Source: Bdellovibrionota bacterium
GTDB lineage: Bacteria; Bdellovibrionota_C; UBA2361; JBIKUX01
DNA length: 64,000 bases
Assembly: GCA_044347345.1 (NCBI GenBank)
Contig: JBIKUX010000002.1
Location: 32,001-96,000, forward strand
Reading direction: 5' to 3'
Below are positions 50,367 through 58,180 of the stretch, piece by piece (within the stretch, counting starts at the first letter, position 1; every line of letters starts with the position of its first letter). The translations under genes were made by a program, and so were the position numbers. Below the pieces are notes generated by a model. That model worked only from the letters and a program-made list of their open reading frames with translations. It had not been told where the DNA came from and made no database searches.

Positions 50367-51116
50367 ATGGGCAAATTTTTACCGTCAACATCGGCGCTAA
50401 TTGCGCTCGGAAGTAATCTTGGAGACCGAGAAGGGCTTATTCTCACTGCTTTACAATACTTATCTGAGCGAGTAGGAGATATTAAAAAAGTATCTCGTCT
50501 TTACGAAACTGAGCCCTTATTGCCAATGATGAGCTCAAGCTACGATGCGCTCACCAACTCTGAAGTTAATAATAACGTTAAATCAAGGACAGACTCATCA
50601 GTAAAAGCGGCTTCTTTATTAAAAGAGAAAGATATTGCCTCAAAGTATCTTTACCTGAATGCCGTTACAGAAATTAGCACCACTCTTTCTCCTTCGGAGC
50701 TTTTGACTGAATTACAACAAATTGAAGCTCAACTTGGTCGAACTCCTCCAAATAACATTACGAACGACCGTGAAGAACACAATCTTTCGAGCCCTGAAGC
50801 AACTAAGGTATGGGAGCCTCGAACTATTGACTTAGATATTCTTACGTACGGAAAGCAATGTATTTCGACTGAAAAATTAACAATCCCGCACCCAGAGCTC
50901 CACTTAAGAGATTTTGTTCTAATTCCACTTCAAGAAATAGCCCCTGAATTTCGTCATCCAGCCTTGGAATCATCAATCGGGGAACTACTTCAAAGACTGC
51001 ATCGTCACTTTGTTACGGGCAAATCCATTCCGTGCCGCATAGCTTCCATTAAATATCAGGTTAACGAAAGCAAAATAGAAGCTATTGATGAATCAAAACT
51101 TGCTTCTTTTGCCTGA
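50367..51116 (+). CDS. folK: 6-hydroxymethyl-7,8-dihydropterin pyrophosphokinase with loop insertions
   Basis: IALGSNLGDR, SRLYETEP, YLNAV, IEAQLGR, WEPRTIDLDIL, IPHPELHLRDFVL. Confidence 0.93.
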   Translation: MGKFLPSTSALIALGSNLGDREGLILTALQYLSERVGDIKKVSRLYETEPLLPMMSSSYDALTNSEVNNNVKSRTDSSVKAASLLKEKDIASKYLYLNAVTEISTTLSPSELLTELQQIEAQLGRTPPNNITNDREEHNLSSPEATKVWEPRTIDLDILTYGKQCISTEKLTIPHPELHLRDFVLIPLQEIAPEFRHPALESSIGELLQRLHRHFVTGKSIPCRIASIKYQVNESKIEAIDESKLASFA

Positions 51117-51143
51117 GCGCGGTACTACTTTAAAGCTGTTCAT

Positions 51144-51217
51144 GCGCTCCTAGCTCAGCTGGATAGAGCACCTGACTACGAATCAGGAGGTCGGGAGTTC
51201 GAATCTCTCGGGGCGCG
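51144..51217 (+). tRNA. tRNA-Arg(ACG)
   Basis: Cloverleaf: acceptor GCGCTCC/GGGGCGC, anticodon arm CCTGA-CTACGAA-TCAGG, T-loop TTCGAAT. CCA not encoded. Confidence 0.97.
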
Positions 51218-51245
51218 TGCTTTCTCTTTTGAACAATTTAACCTT

Positions 51246-51332
51246 GGAGAGGTGGCCGAGCGGCTGAAGGCGCACGCTTGGAAAGCGTGTATAGGGGAAA
51301 CTCTATCGAGGGTTCGAATCCCTCCCTCTCCG
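51246..51332 (+). tRNA. tRNA-Ser(GGA)
   Basis: Acceptor GGAGAGG/CCTCTCC, anticodon arm CACGC-TTGGAAA-GCGTG, long variable arm, TTCGAAT. CCA not encoded. Confidence 0.97.
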
Positions 51333-51375
51333 TTTCCATTTTTACACCAGTTTTAGCTTTGGTCATGCGTAAACT

Positions 51376-51414
51376 TTGTTTACTTGGGTTGTTTACTTGG
51401 GTTGTTTACTTGGG
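51376..51414. repeat. Perfect tandem repeat, 3 x 13 bp
   Basis: (TTGTTTACTTGGG)3 between tRNA-Ser and tadA. Confidence 0.95.
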
Positions 51415-51452
51415 TCTATTTCATTTACTTAACATTTAGTTACTAAGTAATC

Positions 51453-51941
51453 ATGACTTTCAGTATATCTCCGTATCTTGCTTCAAAGCTAATGGGGGAA
51501 GCCCTGCATGAAGCGATGATAGCTGAGGCTCAAGGAGAAGTACCTATTGGAGCTGTTCTCGCCACTCAAAGAGGCGACATCGTAGCGCGCTCTATTAACA
51601 GCGTCACTACTAGTGGAAATCCTTTAGCTCATGCAGAGGTAAAAGTAATTGAACATTTTTCGAGTACACACCGCTCAACTCGATACGAACAGTGCATTCT
51701 GTGCGTTACTGTTGAACCATGCATAATGTGCGCTGGGGCAATTTTACTGGCTCGCATTCCTATCGTTATATGGGGTACTGAGGAGCCGATTACTGGAGCA
51801 TTCGGATCAAAACTAGATCTTTGCACTTTGATACACGAAGAGCCTAACGGTATATACCGCCCTGTTCGAAGTATAGGTGGGATACGGAGAGAGGAAGCTA
51901 AATTACTAATGCAAAATTTTTTTCGAAAACGAAGAGCTTAA
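51453..51941 (+). CDS. tadA: tRNA adenosine(34) deaminase
   Basis: GEVPIGAV, AHAE, TVEPCIMCAGA, FFRKRR terminus. Confidence 0.9.
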   Translation: MTFSISPYLASKLMGEALHEAMIAEAQGEVPIGAVLATQRGDIVARSINSVTTSGNPLAHAEVKVIEHFSSTHRSTRYEQCILCVTVEPCIMCAGAILLARIPIVIWGTEEPITGAFGSKLDLCTLIHEEPNGIYRPVRSIGGIRREEAKLLMQNFFRKRRA

Positions 51942-52031
51942 GAATTTATTATTCTAAAACTCTTTAATAATCTCATCATCGATCCATTATCAATAATAAT
52001 GTAGGATGTAATTAATTATAAATCCTAACAA

Positions 52032-52352
52032 CTACTGTACATCAGTGCCTAATTCTAAAAGCCGTTCATTTAACAACTGACAAAGACTACCTATATCACG
52101 AAACGGCGACCGCTCAAGTGAGAAAGCTCGCTCATCAGCAAGCGTCACTGAGACTCCAAAATTATCTCTTACTCGCTGTTCAATATCGAGTATGAGGTCA
52201 ACAAAACCGAGAGAATCTAATGAGCTTTGATTGCCCAATAGGACTGTATTTAATCCAAGTGAAAGTTGCTGCGAAGGTAAAAGTCGCTCATTAATTTCCC
52301 TCACTGCTTCCAATACAAGCTGCTCAATTTCAGGCTTAACTATCCATTCCAC
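52032..52352 (-). CDS. Acyl carrier protein
   Basis: Phosphopantetheine site LDSLGFV; acidic; C-terminal LADERA..SPFR. Confidence 0.88.
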   Translation of the reverse strand: MEWIVKPEIEQLVLEAVREINERLLPSQQLSLGLNTVLLGNQSSLDSLGFVDLILDIEQRVRDNFGVSVTLADERAFSLERSPFRDIGSLCQLLNERLLELGTDVQ

Positions 52353-52363
52353 AGACTAACTCC

Positions 52364-53485
52364 CTAAAGATTGTTTACGAGATTTAGCAATTCATCTGAT
52401 GATAATGTATCAACACCTTTTTCCTTTATAATACGATGAAGCTTGGCAATATTAACATTTTTATCACAACCTAGTTCCTTAAGTTTCTCTTGAAGACCAA
52501 CAATTCCGCTTAAACGACTGATTGAAACCTCAAGCCGACGACCGCACAACTCAGGATTAAAAGTGCTCTCAGGAATTTTTCTTAAAAGTTCATGATGAAT
52601 ACCCGTCTCCATATGGAAACAAGTATCTCCAACTAAAGGCTGATTAGTTCCATACTTAAAACCACTAGCTTTTTGAACTGCCTGAGCAAGACAGTAGATA
52701 TTTTCGAATGCTATCTTATTATCAAAAGGAGCTTTATTCTTACGAATAAAATTGGCAAAAGCTACAACTTGCTCAATCGCTGTATTACCACCTCCGTCTC
52801 CTAAATTACCGACAGTGACCTCTGCTTGATTGGCTCCAGCATCAAGTGCTGCAATTGTATTTGCTAAACCCAGACCAATCTGATTATGACAATGAATACT
52901 TAACTCTGCCTCAAACGGTAACTCACTACGAATTATCCTCACAAGCTCAGTAATCCTTACAGGCTCTAGTGTGCTTTGCGTATCTGCAATTGATATCTGA
53001 GTAGCACCAGAATTAGCCGCTAAAACGGCAAGCTCTACGAGAAACATAGGATCACGATTTCCGGCATAAGTGAGATAAAATTGCACCTCTGGAAATAATC
53101 CTCTCCCATAATCAATTGCTTCTCGCGCTCGCTGAAGCACAAGCTGGCGAGCTTTAGCTCTATCTGTCAAATCAACAAACAGCTCATGAGCGTTAGTAAA
53201 TGTAGAAAGCCTACTTCTATGTATATGGTCTTCCAATGCCTCGCGAGCCTGATCTATATCAACCTTTATATCTCGAGCAAACACTGCAAGCTTAACATCT
53301 TGGGTAAAATGCCCAATCTCCTGAACACTTTTAAAATCTCTCTTTGATGCTATCGGAAACCCAGCTTCAATTACATCAACACCTAACTTCTCAAGACATT
53401 GAGCTAAGTAAATTTTATCTTCAAGCGAAAACGAGACATTTGCTCCCCCTTCACCGTCTCTCAAAGTTGTATCAAAGATTTTCAT
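52364..53485 (-). CDS. DRE-TIM metallo-synthase, isopropylmalate/homocitrate-synthase-like, no regulatory domain
   Basis: FDTTLRDGE, GVDVIEAGFP, HCHN metal motif; 373 aa; several family motifs altered. Confidence 0.85.
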   Translation of the reverse strand: MKIFDTTLRDGEGGANVSFSLEDKIYLAQCLEKLGVDVIEAGFPIASKRDFKSVQEIGHFTQDVKLAVFARDIKVDIDQAREALEDHIHRSRLSTFTNAHELFVDLTDRAKARQLVLQRAREAIDYGRGLFPEVQFYLTYAGNRDPMFLVELAVLAANSGATQISIADTQSTLEPVRITELVRIIRSELPFEAELSIHCHNQIGLGLANTIAALDAGANQAEVTVGNLGDGGGNTAIEQVVAFANFIRKNKAPFDNKIAFENIYCLAQAVQKASGFKYGTNQPLVGDTCFHMETGIHHELLRKIPESTFNPELCGRRLEVSISRLSGIVGLQEKLKELGCDKNVNIAKLHRIIKEKGVDTLSSDELLNLVNNL

Positions 53486-53591
53486 AAAATAAATCTAAAT
53501 CACATCTTACATGAAACTATGGACTTAAAATTTTTGGAATAAAATAAAAATTTATACTCCTTTACTCTTCTATGTTATTTAATTCTGGCCT

Positions 53592-54332
53592 TTGAAATAT
53601 TGCTCCATCTTTATCAATAACTGTATGACTGATCCCTTAATTGTTCTTATATCTGGATCACGTAAAGGAATTGGACGATACCTAACAGAACACTACCTTG
53701 AGAAAGGAGCTACGGTTATAGGTTGCAGTCGCTCTCCTTCTGATCTAAATCACAGTGAATACACCCATTTTTGCTTAGATATAGCAAATCAAACATCTGT
53801 TAGTGATATGGCAGCTGCTATCCTAACAAAGTACAAAAAATTAGATGTACTCATCAATAACGCCGCGATTGGTTCTTATAATCATTCTTTATTGACTCCA
53901 GTATCAACGGTGCACAAAATTCTTGCCACTAATCTCGTTGGCACCATTATATTGGCTCGTGAAGCAGTGAAACTTATGAGACGACACTCTTCAAGGAGAA
54001 GAATTGTTAATTTCTCGAGCGTAGCAGTACCTCTAAATATCGAGGGCGAAGCTATTTATGCTGCCTCAAAATCTGCCGTAGAATCATTCACCAAGATCTT
54101 TGCCCGTGAAGTTGCTGAATTTTCTATCACTGTAAATACTATTGGTCCCACTCCCATTAAGACCGACCTATTAAAAAATATTCCACAATCAAAACTCGAT
54201 CTTTTAATCCAAAGACAGGCTATTAAGCGCTGGGGTGAGATGCGAGATATCTCGCATACTATTGATTTCTTAATCGATAAAAATAGTGATTTTATCACTG
54301 GTCAGACCATTTATCTCGGCGGGGTAAACTAA
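53592..54332 (+). CDS. SDR-family oxidoreductase, FabG-like (likely start ATG 53625)
   Basis: SGSRKGIG, LINNAA, NFSS, YAASK, GPTPIKT, ITGQ. Confidence 0.92.
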   Translation: MKYCSIFINNCMTDPLIVLISGSRKGIGRYLTEHYLEKGATVIGCSRSPSDLNHSEYTHFCLDIANQTSVSDMAAAILTKYKKLDVLINNAAIGSYNHSLLTPVSTVHKILATNLVGTIILAREAVKLMRRHSSRRRIVNFSSVAVPLNIEGEAIYAASKSAVESFTKIFAREVAEFSITVNTIGPTPIKTDLLKNIPQSKLDLLIQRQAIKRWGEMRDISHTIDFLIDKNSDFITGQTIYLGGVN

Positions 54333-54360
54333 CATAGATAGTAAAAATTTGAGTAAATAA

Positions 54361-55743
54361 ATGAGAACTGAAAATGTTCTTTTGCAAACTTTACACAAAC
54401 GTAAGTCTGATTGCTTAATAATTTGGCGAGATGAAGAAATATCTAGTTCCAACATCCTTGCTCTTATCGAATCATACAAACATTTTCTTATCGATCAAGG
54501 AATAATCGCCGGCAGCGTTGTCGGGTTACGAAGTGATTTTTCACCTGCTGCCATCGCTCTTTTAATTATACTTATCGAGATAAAAGCAATTATCGTTTTA
54601 TTACCTAGTGACGACAAATTTATAAATTCTAATATTACCTTAAACAACCTCACCGAAATTGCGGTAATTGAGCATCTTGTAGAGCTATCTCCTGAGCAGA
54701 AACTTTCTTATGTTCGATTAAAACCTAAAAGTTATCCAAATCATTATAAGTCTCTACGGCAAGCTGATGCTTCAGGTCTGGTTTTATTTTCATCAGGATC
54801 CACCGGTAAGCCGAAGGTAATTGTTCACAATTTCGAGCTACTACTACAGAAATTTAAAGATTATCGAAAACAATTAAGAACAGTAGCTTTTCTTTTTTTT
54901 GACCATATAGGAGGCATTAATACACTATGTGCTACTATTAGTGCTAACGGATGTCTTATTATACCTGAAGAACGTTCACCAGACCGAGTGTTTAGCACAA
55001 TAGAGAACCATTGCGGAGAACTTTTACCAACTTCACCAAGTTTTCTTCGCCTGAGTCTAGCGAGCGAAGTACACCGTCGTTATGAATTAAAATATCTCAA
55101 AAGAATTACCTATGGCACTGAATCAATGCCACAGTCACTACTTAACCGATTAAATGAAGTATTCCCACAAGTGCAATTTTCACAAACTTACGGATTGTCT
55201 GAAATCGGTATTATGCGTGCTAAATCGTTAGAGTCATCATCCCTTTGGGTCAAATTAGGGGGAGAGGGTACCCAAACTCGAGTGATTAATGGCGAGCTAC
55301 AAATCAAAGCTCCCTCTGCAATGATCGGTTATCTAAATGCTCCTGATCCTTTTTTAAAAGATGGCTGGCTCAATACTACTGACAGAGTCGAAGTAAACGG
55401 AGAATATATAAAATTTCTGGGACGATCCTCTGACATAATCAACGTAGGTGGAGAAAAGGTTTATCCCCAAGAAATCGAGAGCCTACTCCTTACCTTCCCA
55501 AATGTTACTGATGTAGTTGTTTATGGGAAAAAAAATCCTGTGGTTGGAGAGATAGTGTGTGCAAAAATACAGATGACTACACCTAATGACAAACGACTGC
55601 AAATTAAGCAAATGCAGCAGTTTTGCCGACAGCATCTATCTCCCTATAAAATACCGAGAATAATTGAAATCATTGATACAGATTTATCCTACAATGCGCG
55701 AGGAAAAAAGGAGCGAAGCTCTTTAAAAGACTCCATCAAATAA
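54361..55743 (+). CDS. AMP-forming acyl-CoA/acyl-ACP ligase (ANL superfamily)
   Basis: FSSGSTGKPK, YGLSE, GRSSDIINVGGEKVYPQEIE, YKIP, GKK. Confidence 0.9.
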   Translation: MRTENVLLQTLHKRKSDCLIIWRDEEISSSNILALIESYKHFLIDQGIIAGSVVGLRSDFSPAAIALLIILIEIKAIIVLLPSDDKFINSNITLNNLTEIAVIEHLVELSPEQKLSYVRLKPKSYPNHYKSLRQADASGLVLFSSGSTGKPKVIVHNFELLLQKFKDYRKQLRTVAFLFFDHIGGINTLCATISANGCLIIPEERSPDRVFSTIENHCGELLPTSPSFLRLSLASEVHRRYELKYLKRITYGTESMPQSLLNRLNEVFPQVQFSQTYGLSEIGIMRAKSLESSSLWVKLGGEGTQTRVINGELQIKAPSAMIGYLNAPDPFLKDGWLNTTDRVEVNGEYIKFLGRSSDIINVGGEKVYPQEIESLLLTFPNVTDVVVYGKKNPVVGEIVCAKIQMTTPNDKRLQIKQMQQFCRQHLSPYKIPRIIEIIDTDLSYNARGKKERSSLKDSIK

Positions 55744-55762
55744 AGTTAGTTTTAATGATTAG

Positions 55763-56098
55763 TTACGTTATAAAAAGTTCCCTATCAAGAACTTGAGCTA
55801 AGTCTGCCGAAGACGGCTGCTTGTAAGAACCATTTTGTATTTTTGCCTTAATAATCTCTTTTTTCTGACTTTTATCTACTAAACTACTACCATCGGTATC
55901 TTTAGCTTGTGAAGACAACCTTTCTTCATCTCTTAATTTCTCTGCCGTAGCGCTCAAAGAAGGAGCAATAGCTACAGCATCATCAGATACAATAGAATTT
56001 TTTTTATCTAAAACTACCTTAGTTTCACTAGCTCGGCGCCCTGACTCAACAGTAGAATAACCAAAAAGTTGAGACAGAGACCGAATCTTGATTGACAT
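55763..56098 (-). CDS. FlgM-like anti-sigma-28 factor
   Basis: Small, low-complexity; DAVAIAP and C-terminal IKAKIQNGSYK..SADLA resemble the FlgM sigma-binding helices. Confidence 0.6.
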   Translation of the reverse strand: MSIKIRSLSQLFGYSTVESGRRASETKVVLDKKNSIVSDDAVAIAPSLSATAEKLRDEERLSSQAKDTDGSSLVDKSQKKEIIKAKIQNGSYKQPSSADLAQVLDRELFIT

Positions 56099-56224
56099 GT
56101 TTTTGATTATTATTCCAAAAATCCTAAACTTAAGGGGGAAAGGCTAAGAACTTTTCCTAATCCGACACAGGGGTCGGTAAAAAGCAATATTTTCTTTAGC
56201 ATTAAATTTAAAAAATATCTTACC

Positions 56225-56662
56225 GTGAAAATAATAACTTTTGGGTCAATTAAAGAACAAAATCTAAGAGCACTTGAAGCCGATTACCTGAAGAGACTGA
56301 AAGGAGCGTGGCCTGTAGTTGTAACTGAATTAAAATGTGAGTCCAATCCGAGAAAAGAAGCGGAATCTTTACTTTCCTTTTTGCCGAATCGAGCTTTTTT
56401 GGTCGCTCTGGATGAAAAAGGTCAACAATTTACCTCCTCTCTGTTTACTCAATTTCTTGCCGAAAGGCTTAATGACAGCCAAAAACCTCTTTACTTTGCA
56501 ATAGGTGGAGCTTTTGGATGGGACGAAACCGTTCGAATCCGTGGAGATCTTATCTTGGCACTTTCGCAACTGACCTTTCCTCATCAACTCGCTCGTCTTA
56601 TCCTAATTGAGCAGATTTACCGAGCTTATACGATAATAAGAGGCATGCCCTACCATAAATAA
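56225..56662 (+). CDS. rlmH: 23S rRNA pseudouridine-1915 methyltransferase
   Basis: LDEKG, FAIGGAFG, LSQLTFPHQLARLILIEQIYRA, PYHK. Confidence 0.96.
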   Translation: MKIITFGSIKEQNLRALEADYLKRLKGAWPVVVTELKCESNPRKEAESLLSFLPNRAFLVALDEKGQQFTSSLFTQFLAERLNDSQKPLYFAIGGAFGWDETVRIRGDLILALSQLTFPHQLARLILIEQIYRAYTIIRGMPYHK

Positions 56663-56700
56663 TTGATATATTAAAATTTTGTAATTTTTTGAGTTATTAA

Positions 56701-57186
56701 ATGGGAAAGATTAAAAAATTTGCTTCACCACCTGTTACAAAAATTACTGGCGGTAAAGATCCATTACGTATGGTCGAAGAATTTATTCTTAGGCTAGGTT
56801 TTGACCCTGAAAAATGTGAGAAAGAGCGTACAACTGAGCTTCTTCGGTGGATGATAGATGTAGGTGGTGGTAGAGAACTAGAAATTCTACTTGAAGGCCT
56901 CCGCCATCCAAACGAAACTACCATCTATCTAGGACTTGATGTAGTGACAGTTCCTCTAAGAGGTGCAGGAGATATTCTTACTACTGCACTCGAAATAGCT
57001 GACGGACTAATTGGAATTAAAGTAAGTTTAGTCGGCCATGCTCTGGTTCTGAGTGCTAGCCTTGCAGCCAGCGGCATTACATCTGAAGATATTGATTACT
57101 ACTACCAGTTAATTATTGCTCAGCAAGATTGGTTTAGAAATGCTTTGTGTGACGAACTCGGGTTAGATGAATTACCTTTAGATTAG
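56701..57186 (+). CDS. YbjN/CesT-like chaperone-fold protein
   Basis: Acidic 161 aa with the alpha-beta pattern and C-terminal amphipathic helix of type III chaperone-like proteins. Confidence 0.5.
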   Translation: MGKIKKFASPPVTKITGGKDPLRMVEEFILRLGFDPEKCEKERTTELLRWMIDVGGGRELEILLEGLRHPNETTIYLGLDVVTVPLRGAGDILTTALEIADGLIGIKVSLVGHALVLSASLAASGITSEDIDYYYQLIIAQQDWFRNALCDELGLDELPLD

Positions 57187-57191
57187 TAGCT

Positions 57192-58076
57192 TTAGGTATT
57201 ATACGGAAGTATATACGCAGCCCCTGCGATTGCTATTTCATGGGATAATAAAGACAAGTTAGGATCGTTTTCAAAATTAGAACCTACCGCAGGTCTGGTA
57301 AATTTAGCAGCAACAGCCGTAGGTAGTTCATTAATCTTACTTTGCAAAGCTTGCTGTTTAGGTGTTCGAAAATAAATATTCTCTTCCCCAGGTTTTTTTT
57401 CTTTTTGATTTAAATTTAGTTCTAACTGAGTGCTTAATGATCGGAGGGTATTTAGATCCTCAACGTTTAAACTACAAGAAACATGGTTAGGGTGAGGAGG
57501 CGGTATATCTTGAGAACTTTTTGTAGATTTTTTTTGATACTGTTCTAAAGAGGTAGTTATAGGTACGAACTGCTGATTTTGAGGAGGTTTATCTGATTTT
57601 TTTGAGCTAGAATCCGGCTTCTTACAGAAGCTGGCATGAAGTCTTTTAATAACATCAGGAATTCGACCTTCATTAGCATTTAAAAGCGCCTCTATCAGCT
57701 CTTGCCTGAGCTGATTTGGATCCTGTATCCCTTCAGGGATTAATCCATAAATTTCCGCATTTTTAGTAAACAATTTAAAGCGCGGATCTTCTCTTAACTT
57801 ATCAAACTCCTCAGGAGTTAGATCTTTTAAAAGTTGCGCTAAATCATAAGCCGCTTTTTTATAGATCTTCCAACCGAATTGAGCACGATCAGCAGAAGTA
57901 TCAGTTCTAGTTACATACGGTAATCCTGAAGGATTATCTTCTCTTAATTGCTCCAGAATACGGCGAATTTCACAAAGGTTAGGGTTTAAATAATTTGGAT
58001 CTACAGAAGCTTGCGGTAAATTATTATTATCTCCAAGCAATTTTCTTTCTATATCTGTTTGAAGATTGAGGTTCAT
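57192..58076 (-). CDS. Hypothetical protein, partly low-complexity
   Basis: 294-aa ORF rich in N/Q/P/K/S; no recognised motif. Confidence 0.65.
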   Translation of the reverse strand: MNLNLQTDIERKLLGDNNNLPQASVDPNYLNPNLCEIRRILEQLREDNPSGLPYVTRTDTSADRAQFGWKIYKKAAYDLAQLLKDLTPEEFDKLREDPRFKLFTKNAEIYGLIPEGIQDPNQLRQELIEALLNANEGRIPDVIKRLHASFCKKPDSSSKKSDKPPQNQQFVPITTSLEQYQKKSTKSSQDIPPPHPNHVSCSLNVEDLNTLRSLSTQLELNLNQKEKKPGEENIYFRTPKQQALQSKINELPTAVAAKFTRPAVGSNFENDPNLSLLSHEIAIAGAAYILPYNT

Positions 58077-58180
58077 ATACCTAAATTTAGACCCGCTAAA
58101 TAAAAGCTAAAGGTCATATCGGCATAAAAACATGTAAAATAAAAAAAATTATACGGCTGTATAAATTTTTTTATTAATTA

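Noticed and set aside
51376-51414. CRISPR-like repeat
   Set aside because: 13-bp units are contiguous with no spacers, and no cas genes are in the window.
52364-53485. Calling it leuA
   Set aside because: No regulatory domain, altered motifs, no leuBCD nearby, and it is coupled to an ACP gene.
51246-55743. tRNA-anchored genomic island carrying the ACP cassette
   Set aside because: No integrase, no duplicated tRNA 3' end noticed by eye, and the core gene tadA lies in between.
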